A stretch of 64,000 nt of DNA from Bilabrum cf. latius (taxonomy: Eukaryota). The notes beneath the pieces are model-generated. The model saw only the letters and a program-made list of their open reading frames with translations. It was not told where the DNA came from and made no database searches. The position numbers and the translations under genes were made by a program. Positions 1-13,900 of this stretch are shown here, piece after piece (position 1 is the first letter of the stretch; the number at the start of each line of letters is the position of its first letter). The stretch covers positions 372,001 through 436,000 of the forward strand of contig OZ237744.1 of assembly GCA_965178125.1 (NCBI GenBank). Reading direction: 5' to 3'.

Positions 1-2489
1 GGCCGGGCCGACCTAGCTCGGTGCCTGTCGGGCGCAAGGCGACTCGGGCAGCTCGCAAACGCAAGCATGTAGAGCTGGAGCTGCTGGAGGACAGCGATGG
101 CAGCTCGGTCGCACCTATTGATGCTGAAGGCAGGGAAGGCTCGTCGCGGAACGATTCCACGAACCCGTCCTCGGCTGCGATGGCTGCTGCTGCCGCTGGG
201 GCTGGCATGGAGACGGTGCCACCAAGCCCAGTTGCGATGCGGGGGTCGAACGGTGGGGAGACTCGAGGCAGGTCGAGAGGCGACGAGCCGAGCCCCAGTG
301 CAGGCATTGCGTTTCGTTCAGATGGGTCCGGTGCAGCGAGAGTGCGGCGGCCGACGGCCTCTCCGCCAGCCCACCCAACGCAGGTACCTCTGGACTCTGC
401 GGGTTCTCCGATCGGGCATGAGGTAGGAGCCGTCGCTGGCGTCTCGCACGGGTCTGCTGGTGAAGCAAGCGGCAGCAGCGGGGGCGCAGCAGCTGGTTAG
501 GTTAGATCAGCCTTTGCTAGCGGTGGCTCCGGCGAGTACAGTTCGGACGGCGGGGCTGGTGACGACGCCCATGCTCACAAGAAAAGGCGGGTGGGCATGG
601 GCGCTGCTGCGACAGGTTCGGTTGCTTCGATGGATGGCATCCCTTCCAAGATGGTTCTGCGGAGGTTCTAGTCCGCTCCAGGCAGTACGACGCTGGGGAT
701 GCCTGACTGGCAACGCAGCGTTTCAGACCAGGCAGATGGCCCCTCGGTTGCAGCTGGGGGCAGCAGCAACCCCCCTGTAGCTGGCGTGGCACCTCACAGG
801 CAGCGCAGCCGACGCTCCATCGCGTTTGCTGACGAAAAAGAGGCAAGTAGATTCATCGGCACGGCAGATGACAAGCCACAGCACCCTTCGGGCAGTGCAG
901 GGACGATTCCCTCCTCCTAGCCAGCCTAGCAGGCTGCTAGCTCTTCCATGGAGGGGGGCTCTGGTTCTGCCGCCATGGATGGGAGCTCTGCCCGCGGCAT
1001 CTTGAAGAATCGGCTGGAGCAATCGCCACGACTGCCCCCCGTCACGAGCTCGGCATTTTTCGGTGCGAGCAGCGAGCAGGACAGCGAGAGCAAGCTCGAC
1101 GCCTTCCTGCGCACCGGTGCGGTGGCTGAAACAAAGACTCCCTCTGGGCCTGGTGCTGTGGACGGCCATGGGTTCAGTAACAGGGTGCCTCCAAGGACTT
1201 CGATGGCTGGCAGCAGAGTCCCTCAGCATACGGGTGAGTCGGGCACGGCAGGAGCTGCTGCTCCGCGCTTGGCGCACACGGTTGGCAGCAGGGTCGGCGG
1301 TGTCGACAGGTAGCTTGCCGGCTCGGGCACGGAGTCGAGCGGTAGAGTAGCAAGGTCACTGCTGGGCAGCGGCAGCGGGTAGATGGGGCTGGATCTGTCG
1401 TCGAACGTGCTTGGCCGTGGCTCCGGGCCCCTGCTGTACCCTGGGGAGGCTGCAGCTACCGGGGGGAGCGGGCGAGTCTCCAGGCGGGCATCTGCGGATT
1501 CAGGCAGCATGAACGTAGTCACCCCGTCGTCTACGAGTCATTTGAAGCAATCTTCTAGGAAGGGATGGCTGGTGGGCGGCCCGCTTACGACAGTAGAGGC
1601 AGGCGATCCGTTCGGGCCGGACAAGCAGGTCGAGTACTCGTTCTACCCCGGGAGCGGGGACTGCGATTGCCCCGGTGCGAACGTCGTGAACGTGCCTGTG
1701 CCGCCCCTATGGCGCGCAACGAAGACGAAACCGAAGCGTCCCACTGCTTCAATCCCTGCAAAGGTAGGGCGACTTGCTGCCAGACAGGCCATCGAGGACC
1801 GACTGATCCCTGCACTCCGCGCGTTTGGTCCCGATCTCATCCTCATTTCCGCGGGCTTTGATGGGGGTTCACACGATATCGGCAACTCGAGGCCGGACGG
1901 CAAGGCTACCCCGGGCATGGATCTGAAACCCGAGGATTTCGCCCACATCACCAGCCGAATCCTGGATGTGTCTCGGTCGTGCTGCCCTGGTCGGGTCGTA
2001 TCTGTGCTGGAAGGGGGATACGGCAGGTGGAAGTTCAGGGAGCCGAAGGCAGCTGCCACTCGCGTGATCAGGACCAGGAGGGGCGGCAGCGCCAGCAGCG
2101 GCTCAAGCGGCACGAGCGAGGAAGACCCCGGGGCGGTGCATGGCGGTGCAGTGCATGGTGGTGCAGTTTCAGGCAGCGAAGCGAGCGGCGGAGGGTCTTC
2201 CGGGCAGCAGCAAATGGCGACTGATGGCGTAGAGGCAAGGAACATGGCCGATGCAGGCAAAGCGGGGCAGTTTGAAGGCGAATCAACCACCGGCACCGGC
2301 CATGATCGGGGTACTTGTAGTTCCGGTGTTGGGGGCCAACCGGCCTCGAGCGGTTCCGGTGGAGCATCTGCATCGCAGCAAGGCAAGGAGGAGCCCGAGA
2401 GAGAGTTCTACATTAGCAGGGAGAGCCTGGCAGAGAACTGTGTTGCACACATCCGCGTGCTGGCATAGAACCGGGGCACAGGAGAGTGA
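1..2489 (+). CDS. Histone deacetylase (class II-like) domain protein, 5'-partial
   Basis: ORFs 21, 699, 948 and 1383 share one frame and are separated only by TAG (498, 918, 927, 1311, 1380, 2466). First non-TAG stop is TGA 2487-2489. HDAC motifs: FYPGSG, NVVNVP, LIPALRAFGPDLILISAGFDG, GRVVSVLEGGY. Confidence 0.88.
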
Positions 2490-2530
2490 CCAACCCAATG
2501 AAATCTGAAATCTGATTTAGGGTCAAGCAT

Positions 2531-2904
2531 ATACAGAAATACATTGTTGGGTAAAGATTCCGTAAGCACCCAGATGCACCGTCGCCCCCGAGGGGGTTTG
2601 GGTGATCACCTAGATCCAGAGGAGCCCTAAAACAAAGGACTACAAGACCCCCGACCCTTTCAGGCCAAGGGCCCCCCGTTCTCAGCCTATGCCGCCGAGT
2701 ACCCATTCTTCGCCATCAATATGGTCCCCCACAGGCCCCCAGCCTGTTGCCTTCACAAGGAGAAAGCATACAGGTGCGGAGCGTGTGCCCGGCACAAGGC
2801 GCGGTCCAGTCCCACATCGGGGTCCCCGGTCGAGACCCACCATTTCCTCCTCCATGACCGTCTTTGCGTCTCACGATCCTTCAGAGAGGCGAGCATGCAC
2901 GCGC
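2531..2904 (-). mobile_element. Dispersed 374-bp repeat, copy 1 (SINE/non-LTR retroposon-like) with target-site duplication
   Basis: Near-identical reverse complement of 15122-15495. Flanked by direct repeat AAGCAT (2525-2530 and 2905-2910). One end carries a TATTTCTG-type octamer tail on the minus strand. Confidence 0.7.
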
Positions 2905-3003
2905 AAGCATAACCAATGTGCCAGTGGTGTGCAGCCTGTACCAAGAACTGCACTGCACTTCAGCGCGTCCCTTCCAAAAAATGGAGCACTGGATTTTGCC
3001 TTG

Positions 3004-4830
3004 ATGAGCAAAAGGGTCACTCTTGCATTATTTCGAAGTGCTCTGCGATTACTCAATGAATTGAAGAGTAGGCCCTAGGTTCTACATACCGCCACACTGA
3101 AGGCTTTTGGTCCTCCGCTGTCGGGTTCCAGATGGTCGTATGCCACGGCGTTATATGAGGTTCGCAAGCAGTTTCGAACCCAAGACACTTGTTGTGATCC
3201 AATTGACTAGGGTTTTGTCCAGCTTAGGAAGGCCCGCGAGAGCGTTCAATTGCTTCCTGTTGACCTGCAGGCCAGGATCCGACGAGTATCGCAAAGGCCA
3301 ATTGAGGCAAGGCCAGTTGCGTTGCTAGGGCTAGTCGGCGACATAGTCGCAAGCAGGCATAGCGATCTCGATTCGTCATCGTTTGTTGACGATGCCATGG
3401 AAAAGTGTGCGAACTTCTGTGCCTCCCGGGTCCAACAAGTACAGAACGTCGTTGCAGACAAGGTCGATGTGCTGCAGTATTGCCGGAATGAAGCCTTGGT
3501 TCAAGCACAAAAATTCAGACAAAGACAAGTAGCCATGCTTCGATAGATGCCCAAGACAGCTGAGCTTCAGCTAGCGCAGGCGTTCAGCGTGGAAGGGTTC
3601 GAGGTCCCGTCGCGCTCGAGACGGACAGATCGTGATGGCTTGAGCCTGGTGCAGGGGATGCTGGCACCATCAGAACAAGAGTGCAAGATAGTTGAAGAGA
3701 GTTTCTTTGCGTAGCTGCTGCTGCGAGCAGCCGATAACGCTGGCGTCGCTACTAGTAGTACTGAGCCTGAGGTCACAGGACGGGCTGCCGACAAGCCGAA
3801 AATCGAAGTAGGCATAAAGACAGGTGGTAGCCCCTCGTCTTTATCGTCATTAAATTATCAAATGTTGCTCGTGCATGCCCTCCGGAGGGAGACGCTCGGT
3901 CAGCGCGCTTTGGAGCTGTGCCCCACACAGTGCCACATCATGAACGAGCAGCTCATGCAGCAGCTGGGAATCGGTACACATGCTGCAGGGGTAAAGGTTC
4001 AGCGCCAGCACGATAATACCCCGGGAAGTTCGTCTAGTTCGCTGCCCCTGCTAGCCACTTCGAGAGCCACGATAGGGCATCTATCAACGATTGACATTGG
4101 TGCAGCCCTAGGACTCCCACGATCCCGTGCGAGTACCCCGAGGTCTTTGGCCTCGAATGCTCCACACACACCAGATTTAAACGGGTACCGTGGTGCTAAG
4201 ACCACCTCAAACAAATTTTACCAGAATCCACTGCCATCGAGCGCGCTTGTCCACGCTGCAATCGCGCAAGACGCGCTCAGAAGGTTGGGGTTGGTTGCAG
4301 AGATCGGCGTGCCTTCATCTGCCGGGGTCTGCTCCGTATAGCTGCCTATCGAATGGCCTAATGACGGAGGTGCTAGAATTGAATCAAGATAGGACTGGAT
4401 TTGGAATGACTCGAATATCCTCTTGGATTTGTACTCTGCTGGCGCGATCGAGACAGCGGGTTCGCTGGCGCGTCGAATGGTGCTCGCGCCTTAGAGCAAG
4501 GACCCAGCGCTTCTATCTTTTGTCAAACGAGAGACTAGCTGCTCGCGCATCGATCCGTCTGTTCTCTTGTAGCGCTACCTCAGTGCATCGGAGCGGTTGG
4601 TGAAGGAATCTGCCGCTGGCATTCACGGCCAAGCTCACGGATGGGCGAATGACGCAGGTGATGCAAGACCGCAAGCAAACGTGAGCCCTCAGGGCCGTGC
4701 TGCAAGCCATACTGCAGTAGGTCTACATGCTTACGAATCGGCTGACGTTCTGCTGGAGCGCCTGCGGTTAGCAAGGACGCAATGCTCCTCTCTAGCAGTT
4801 TTAGAGGGGCTCGATCGGTCGGTCTCTTAA
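3004..4830 (+). CDS. Hypothetical protein, ~608 aa
   Basis: ORFs 3250, 3862 and 4597 share a frame. Read codon by codon from ATG 3004 the frame has only TAG interruptions (about 8) and ends at TAA 4828-4830. No family recognised confidently. Confidence 0.7.
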
Positions 4831-4958
4831 TCCCGCACTTCCTTTGCAATTTCTTCTGCAGCCTATAGAAATGCAAACGAGATATTAACGGTACTTTATA
4901 ATTTAAATCAATTTAAATCAGGAATCCAGGATAGACTTCCGACAAACTGCGGCAAGCT

Positions 4959-7900
4959 TCACTTTTTCGTTTTCTTGAGCCTCGCCGCGGCTTCCTTCAA
5001 TGCATCGGTCGAGATGGCCGGTTTAGTACTGCCAGACCCACCGCTCCCGTGACCAGGCCCGCCTCGCCCGCGACCAGGCCCACCTCGCCCGCGACCAGGC
5101 CCACCTCGCCCGCGACCAGGCCCGCCTCGCCCGCGACCAGGCCCGCCTCGCCCGCGACCAGGCCCGCCACCCCTGGGAGCGCCTCCAGCTGCCCGACTAG
5201 AGTTCTGCCTGCTGCCTGCATCTGTAGGGCCAGCTTGATGCGCACTTGTCTCAGCCTGCGACTGAGATTGAGCCTGAGCACCATGATCAAGCGACTCTGT
5301 CGTACCTCTCTCCTGCCACTTCTTCAACTCCTGCAACAAATTGGCTCCCCCTGCAGGAACTGCAGGCCGTTTCCATTTCTTGGGCTAGGTTGTACCACCA
5401 GAAGATGCATTCAATTGCTCCTATTCCTTTCGACGCCTTTTCCTCTAGCTTGTCTCGACGAACTTCAGTTTTCTCTTTGTAGACATGTGCATCCCAAGCT
5501 GGCATGATATCCAGAGGAAGAGCTTTGCGGTGACCTGACCATCGACATGCAGCTCAGGCAGGCGGTGTGAGGCAATGACTGCCTGCAACACGGGGTCATG
5601 TCCTTCGCTTGCACTAGCAGCAGCACCCATGTCTGCAGCCCCTCCTACCGCAGCTCCCATCGATTTACCTTCCGTCGATGTCGATGGCCTGCCCATAAGA
5701 CCAACTTGATCCCGCAGAGGGTACCACTCGACGGAGGCAAGAGCACGACGCATTGCCTCACGCGCATCCTCAAGCTATTGCTCGGACAGCTTGCCAAGTC
5801 GCGCTGGAAATGGTCCCATGATCACTTCTCCGCTACAGATATCAATCGGGATGGGGCTTGCGGTCAATCGTGCCAAGCGAGGCTGGGTTTCCCGTGGCAG
5901 CGGTTGCTTCCCGTCCATTCTTGACAAGCTACTAGCAAGAGCTGCTTTGCACCGCATGAAGCTCGCCTCGTCCCGCAAGTGCTTGTCGTCATCGAGTCTG
6001 GTCATGGTCCTGTACTTCAACTTGATCACCATGTCCATTGCAGCCCTGAGGTACGCTCGTATGGCTGTTGCGATCGTGTTCTGGCGCTTCTCTTTGTGAC
6101 TCAATTTGGCACCCTCCTCTGCTGGCTCTGCGATCGGATTCATCGTATCGATCTCTGCAACCATTCCCTCGCATCCGCCTCTAGAACCCAAGCCATGTGA
6201 GTCAAACAGCTCTGCCAGCTGCGACTCAAACTTCGTACGAACTGCAGTACTCATGCAAAGCTTCGTATCAGTTTCGAGCTAGTCGTGCTTCTTCTCGGCA
6301 TTCCATGCTTCCTACAGCTTGTCGGTCTTGGCAGGTTCCTCTTCGTCTCCAGCCTGCTCCTGTAGCCTCCTTGCATCGGCCTTAAGGCGGGACAGTGCGG
6401 CTTTGCGACTGCTCAGCTCATTCTCCAGCACAGTGCGAGAGACCCCATCGATGATCGCATCCGCCTGGTGCTCCAGGCAGCGCCTGGCCAACGCCGAGGA
6501 GCTAGAATCAAGGACCAGCTCACCAGCACCGGTCGCCCTAAGCTAGTAAAAGGGATGACTCGCATGATGCTGCATGTCGGGTCCAGGGAACAGGGTGAGC
6601 TCACCAGCAATTTGCGCCCTTGCTGCACTGATCGCCTCCAATGAGGCTGGCTGGCCGCCGGCCTCGTCATCAGCTCCAGCTCCTGACGCTGGGCCAGCGC
6701 GGGGTTGACCACCGGTACTGCTCCTCTGAAGCTCTTCCAGTCGCGTCGGAACGGGTAGTTCGTTGGATTTCGGGGCGGTTGCCTTCGCCAAGTCCTCTCT
6801 GGACAATCCGAATGCACCGGGATTGCACGGGCAGTCCTCGAGAGCTTCACCCGATCCAGCCGTCCAAAACCCATAGGCAGGCACCAGGTCACTCCATACC
6901 TTAGAATCCAGGCGATTGACAGGCTCAGTACCCCCCTTAGAGTTTCTCGACTTCACTTTGCTTCCTACTTTTGAAACTGATGGAATCAGGCTCTGAAGCG
7001 CATCGCGCACACTGGCAGAGTCTCGTGCACCATCGTCACGAGGCAACCAGCAAGGCAAGTAATGGTCCTCAGGATTATCAACACAGTCTCTGCTTTCGGT
7101 GGGGCGCAGGCAAAGAAGCACCCGGCGAGTCAACCCGCGCGTGTACTCCGGTGCCTGCAGCACATCTAGCATCCTGATGGCAGCATCGACGGCTTCGAAT
7201 GAGATTCGGTGAATCGGGTCTTCGAAACGGCATTCAGTCTCTGCCTGGGATTGGAGGTACTGCGATACCACGGCCTCAGCGGCAACTTTCGGCGTGCACC
7301 TTGTGACGCGGCATTCTTCTCGCACCTTCTCGAATAGGCCCGCGTCTGCTTCGTCGAGGTTGCCAGCAGGCACCGCGTCTTTCTTGCCGTACTGATCCAA
7401 CAATTGGATCATCCTGTTGATCAGCTCCGCCTTTACACTGGAGTCTACTTTGGCGGCAATCCGGCGTGGAGTGCGGCAAGCGACCGCATCTAAGGCCTTG
7501 TACCGTGACAGCATGTCCTTCTCGGCCAATGAACACGGCCCCGAGACCTCCGACGCACGTGCGATTGCATCAGGTAAATTCAAGCCCTGCCTAAGGAAAG
7601 CCATGGTAGCGTGACGCCTCAGCAACAGCTTGGACTCTCGGTCCAGACCAGCCGGCGGGGACCAGGAAGCGATCCACGACAGGTAGTGGTCGTCGAGCTC
7701 GCGCTGCTGCATACAGTGCTGCGCAGCCTGCATAGTGCGCTGCCGGGAGAAGTCTGTTGCTTCGCGTCGCTCCTCGATGTACCTCGTCTCCACAAACTGC
7801 GCCCTCGTCCGGATCCATTCGAGCACGGCGCGAGAGGGCACCTTGCCGGGGCCCTTGGCTATCTCAAACACGTCATGCCGGTCTTTCACGTCCTCGAGTA

Positions 7901-10900
7901 GCGCCTTGAGCGCATCAATTTGCTCATCCACGGTAAGCGGCTGGCTTGATGCTGCCTCTTCGCCAGCTGACAAATCACCGCTGGTCTCGCCGGGGCTGGC
8001 TTCGCCTGGCTTCTTCGAAGAGGGGCGAACAAAGTGCCAGAAGGTATCCCAAGGCTGCAGGAACTCTGAGTCTAGAGGATCGAATTTCGGCATGTTGACT
8101 TGCTCGTTGCGCTCGTACGCTTCAATGAGAAGCTGGGCGAGAACTTCATCCCTCGGCGTGCCGCTAGTCGTCTCCGTTACGATGCGATCGGTCTCCTTGG
8201 CCAGTGCTTCGGCCTTGTTCGGCAACACCCGGTCTTCGGGGCTATAGCTCCAACCCATCTTGTCAGCGAGCTTTCGCGGAACTCGCACAGGTGCCAGCGC
8301 TGGGTCGTCGTCGACGAGTCCAGATGCAGCAGTGGCCTTCGGCTTCTCCGCAAGGGGTTCCTGCATCTGTTCGATCATACCCGTAGCTGCTTGATTGATT
8401 GCTCGAGCTAGCTTTAGTCGATCCTGCCATTTCTGCACAACCTCAGCAAGAGTCATTTGCTTGCTCATTCCCTGTATGCGCCTCAATGCTTCGTTCTCCT
8501 TCGTGAGTCGGGCAATCTCGGCATCTCCCTCGTCCATTGGGGCAGCGCTGCCACCAAAGGCGCTGCCAGTACCACTCGATCGAACAATCTCCATGGCTTC
8601 CTCAGTGGCTTTCTTGAGCTGAGCCTGCTTCGCTGCCTTCAATTCTGCGTCTTCCCTTCTGCTGTCTCGGAGAACTACCAATCGATTCAGTTCAACTTCG
8701 TGGTCCTTCATCACCTTCTCCATGTCCTCCTTTTCCGTGCTGCTGAAGGCCTCTAGCGCTGATCTTTGCCACTACTGCTGATTCTCTTGCTGCAATTCAC
8801 CAAAAGCGGCAGCAGTCCCCGAGAGGAGCCGGGGATCTAAACCCTTTTTCGCTTTCTTCAGCTGCTCCATGACCGTTTCCTTGATTTTCCCAAGGATGCA
8901 CCGGAAGGCCTTCTTGGTGTCCAAGTCCTCCACCCAGTCGTTGAGAACTCGACCAACTTCCTCCTTCGCCGTGCCAAAGGCAGCCTGCGCGCCTTCACCG
9001 GATTCGATCATCTTTTTCACGCTAAGCACGTTCCCAAGCACCCCGACCACCAAAGGTAGAGTCCTCGCGGCGTCAATCATGCCGACTCCGGACTGCAGAC
9101 CTGCGTTAGCAGCGCCACCGCGCTGCATGACCGTCTACACGGCCTCAATCAACTTGGCAGCCAGCATTGCGCACTGCATCTTGGAGTAAAGCGAGACAGT
9201 CGCCGTCACACTGTTTACTGTACTTGAGAGCTCATTTCTGATCGCAACCATGTTCTTGTTGCCACCCTTCGAGAGTAACTTGTCGTATGGTTCTTCCAAA
9301 CGAACACAAAGCTTCTGCAAGGTCTCCTGCAGTTGTTGCAGCCTGGCAGCGGCGTCCTCCAGACCGAGAGAGATGGTCAGCAGCAGTCCTGATTGGGCTA
9401 GGAGGCTGTCCTGTAAAGGATCGTCAATGATTGCTTGCAGCATCCGGAAGAAACCCGTAGTACTAGACCGCGCGTATCTCATGGACTTGTACAGATCCTT
9501 CAATCGTTTGACCAGCTGATCCAGCCCGGATCGGTGCCCAATCCCTATCGCTAGCATTGCCTTTGCCTCTAGCTGAGGGTCGTCGAGCTCCTCCTCAAAG
9601 CTGACTTCATCATTCGCGACCTCGCTGTCGTCGTCAGCAGCCTCATCTGCTGCAGAGGCACCCTGGCCCTAATCCGTGTCAATGGCGTCTTCGTTGCAGG
9701 CACTAGCTGCCCCGGCATAGCTCTGGCCTGAGCCTTTCCCCTAATCTTCGGACGCTGCCGCGCTACTCTGCGATTGTCCGCCATGAGCGCCGACTCTGTC
9801 ACGGTACAACTCGATACTGAATCTCTCCACGTGGTCTGCATCGGTGTGAGGTGGGTTCTCCTCGATAGCGGGCGTGCCACTTGCAGCACTGTCTGGGCCA
9901 TCGGACTGTGGTGGAGCTTCAACCCCAGCTTCAGCGTCATTCCGCAAGTGCTCGGGCAGCTCGTCCGCCTATGTTGTGGCTGCAACTTCTTCTGCATCCG
10001 ACTGAGCGCTTTGAGCCGCCATTTTTTGCTGCAATCTCCAATCCTTGTACGCGTCATAATCAGCCCTGAGCGCACGCCTAAAGTCAGCCAGTGCGAGATC
10101 AGAGGCCCTCTTCGCCTGAGCTACGGCATCAATTCCAGAATGGAGCTTGCGAGATCGTTGCTTGGCTGCCTGTACGAAAGCGTTCAGCATATCTTGCTCC
10201 AGCACAACGGCGGCTCGCAGTCTAGCCGGCATATCTCGAATCTCGGCCATCCCACTGTCCGAGACAGTGAGCTCAAGCTCTTCTAGCAGCCCATTGTACT
10301 CTTCCTAAGCAGCCTGGAGTCCAATCTGCGCAGCCACTGCTACTTGTTTCTAACCTTCGTTCCAGAGATAGTCGGTGAATCCCCTGCTCATCACCGAGTA
10401 CTCGACCGAGCGTGCATCCGGGGCCCGGCCAACTAGGTAGGAGCGATACAGCGGGAAGCTCACGTGACGCAGAGCGTGCCAACGTAACTACTGCGGCGAG
10501 GTAACGACAGGCTACTGACCGACGCACAAAGCACTCTTTTCGCATGCCTCGAAAAGTCGGTCGGCAGCAGGCTTGTCAACCTTAACATGCGCTGTCTGCT
10601 GCACGAGCGTCAACCAACCGGTGACATCGGTGCCAGTCCAGGCATCAGATGGCATCAAAGTACCGAGACCAGGGATCGCTAAGGGTTCGGGTTGTTGCCC
10701 AGAGGGCTATTCCCTCTGTGTTGCAGAGCCACCGGGTATACCGGTGCTGCTACTGCTGCCGGTAGTTGTACTTGGCCCGAACCAGTTGTGCTTCAGCTCA
10801 GTTATCCCCTACTCGATGCGGGACTAAATAGCCACGGTAGCCGTCCTGGCAGTACCCTGATACTCCATCAGGCGGGGAGCTACGAAGCGATCAATCGCAC

Positions 10901-13900
10901 TGCGAGTTATGAATGACACCTGGAACGCACAGAGTACAGCAAGTTTTGACTGGTCCCGCTGGTCTTCGAAATCTCTGTGGTTGTCCTCCTCGCCCTCGCT
11001 CTCATCGGTCTCACTGCCCTCATAAGAAGCGCTTGAACCAGCCGCCGCAGAGGACTTTGTACCAGTCTCCCGTTCAATGGCATCATCGAGACTCTACTTC
11101 CGCAAGTTTATATCCTATTCGCTGCAGACGGACACCAAGACACCCGGCATAGCTTCCTCGCCCTCACCACTCACAAAATCTCCGGTGGTCCTCAACCCGG
11201 CTGCATTCGAAGTAGCTGATGACCATCCAAGTATGGCATTGACACCAGCGATATACAGGCTCGACTCTCGGGATTCGGCAATTATTTTTGCGCCCTCCAT
11301 CGCTTCCTTAGCTGCATGGGGGGAGGCAGCGTCGTCAAGTAAAGCAAGCAATCTGCGTGCGTCCTCTCTATCCTCTACGACCTTTCTCCAGACCTCTTTG
11401 AGCTTGTCGACGTCCGCGCCTCGAAAATTTGCCGCTGCTTTGCGCCGGACAATGTCAGTGGCTGCCCGACTCCACGGCTGCAGCCTTTGCGGCCGGATAT
11501 TGACAGGCACACTGCGGAGCATGAGGCCGGGTCGTACCACCCCCCTCGCGCCATCAGCTACTTCGGCAAGACCATTGAACGCCAGTCCAAATGCCGGAAA
11601 AGCATGCGAAACATTTCCGCCCTACATGGCTTTGATGCTTCCAGCAGTGGCCGGCATGGCGTCGGCCTCCGGCTCGGAGCTATTGGTGCCTCCTGCAGCG
11701 GCAGTCGTGTCATCCTGCCCAGACCCATTGCATAGACGGAAAATGCTATCCAGCAGCACCGCGGGGGCCCTTGCCCCCTCAGATTTGTCCATCTGCGACT
11801 TCAACTGCTGCATCAAGTTGTTGATAGCCTTTTCTGCACCGTCGTATGCTTCCAAGCCAGCGATTCCATACTGCATCAAGCTGCTCGCAAACGATCCAAA
11901 ACGTCGCTGGGTGGCTCTTGCAAGGGACCTCGAGTGTCTCGGAACCGACGAACCCCCCTTATCCTCCTCCTCCTCCGGCCCACTGTCGTCATCATCGGCA
12001 TCGTTGCGTAGCAAGAGCCCAGACCCACCGGAACTCTTTCTCTTCGAACGACTACCAGTGCCCGCCGCTGCATGGCTGCTCTGGGCTTCGTTCCTGCCTC
12101 CCTCGGCTGCAGTGTTTGCCTCGCTTCCACTACCTTCGCCGCCATCCGAGTCGGTTTCAACATCGTCCTCTGACGAATCGCTACCGTAATTAGGAGCAGC
12201 TGTAGCTAGCTGGCTGGATCGAGTCAAGATAGTCTGCAATCGAGTAACTCCGTCGTTCAGTATCTTGCTGGCCTTTCTGACGCTTTCACCTGCCTGATAC
12301 AGAGATCGATCCAATCGAGGGACAATCGCAGGCGCTTGAGAGGTCGAAATCCTTACCAGACCCGGCCATAGCAGCTACTGTATCTGCTTACTCGATTCCA
12401 AGACGTGTTGAAGAACCTTTGCAGGGGCGGTGAGGGAGGCCAGCACGAATAGCACAGCACAGATATCGCCAACTAGCTCGCCGCCAACCAACCACAGACC
12501 ACCCTGCACTGCAGGGGATACGATTCCACCGAGCGCGACAGCCACTGCTAGAGCAAGCACCATGTATGAAAGGACAGCGAAAATACCGGCAGAGATAGGT
12601 GGCGGTCTGTAGTACGGCAGCAAGCGCGTGATATGCCGGCCGTCCAAACGTGAAGCTACAAACAAGACGCCCACGCCACCGCCAAGCACGATCGCATCTC
12701 CGCCATAATTTCCTTGCACAGCCTGGATGCCAGTTGTCCACAGGCTGGCCAGGCAAATGATGACGATGACAACAGAATCGATCCAAACCGGATGCTTGAG
12801 CTCGACCTGTACGCTATCACCGCGCTGGGGCAGGGCTGGTAGTGGCAAGTTGCTTCTGCGCATCAACAGGCGCTACACGCCCAGCTGTAAGGCTGAGAGA
12901 GCGTTCTACTGGTGCTGAACAGCCCCATCGATCGCGGCCAGCTCAACAGGATTCGTGGGACGTTCGCTCTATGGAAGCCGGAGTGGCACCATCGCATTCC
13001 CCGTGATGGCATCCCTGTCCATGTCACGATTCCAGCTGCCATCAGCCTGCATGGCTAGGTTAGAACCAACTATTTTCTATCGAGCCAGATCGTGCGTTGC
13101 TTGCAAGTCCGCAACGTACTGCGCCCTGAATACGGACTGGCTTGGTGGCCTGCCGTGCATTCCGCCAGCTCCCGGTCCATCCTCATCGGTAGCCTGTCCA
13201 GCTGCAGCGCCCTAGGGTGCACGATCTTCTGAGAGGTTCCGAATGCGCCATTTCTCGACGGCCTTAGCCTGCTCGGCGTCGTCCTCTGCTGCATACACCA
13301 CACGCCTTGCAGAGGTGCCTGTATCTTCGGCAGGCGGGTCGGCTGCACCAGCACCAGTAGCTGGTCCGACATCGTCCGCTGCATGCGCTTGCATAGCCCC
13401 ACCGGTCCGTACCGCATGGGGAGACGTGGCAATCGGCAGAAAAATCCTCCCGATCGTGCTTCCTTCCGGCAGCGGCAAGCCAAGGATTGCGCATACTCCG
13501 TACGTGACCGCCGCGGCGAGCCAACACAGAGCAGCGACGACCGAGAAGACCCCGGTTCCACTGCTCCAGATCAGAAGCAGGACCATGACGACGCAAGTGC
13601 CGATTGCGTCTTGCATTCCGCCGATAATCTCCCTGGCCCTCGTCCTCGAGGGGCCGTCCGGTTCCAGCCTTGACTGCTGGCCGGGCCCTGCAGGTTGCCG
13701 GCCGTTGGCGTTGGCGTTGGCGTTGGCGTTGGCATCACCATCACCATTGCCGCCTTCGTCGTTGTCTGGGTGCTGGTGCTCCTGTGGGGTCCTGGCAAGC
13801 AGCGCCCCGAGCATGGAATCGACCTCTGTTGGCTTGCCTGCCAGAACCTCCATCAACGCGTCGAGGCCGCCACCAGGCGATTCCTGGCCTGCGTTCTCTG

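Noticed and set aside
3862-4341. Transglutaminase-like/SirB1 domain in the 608-aa protein
   Set aside because: Only a faint resemblance (ALRRLGL..GVP); not supportable without an HMM search.
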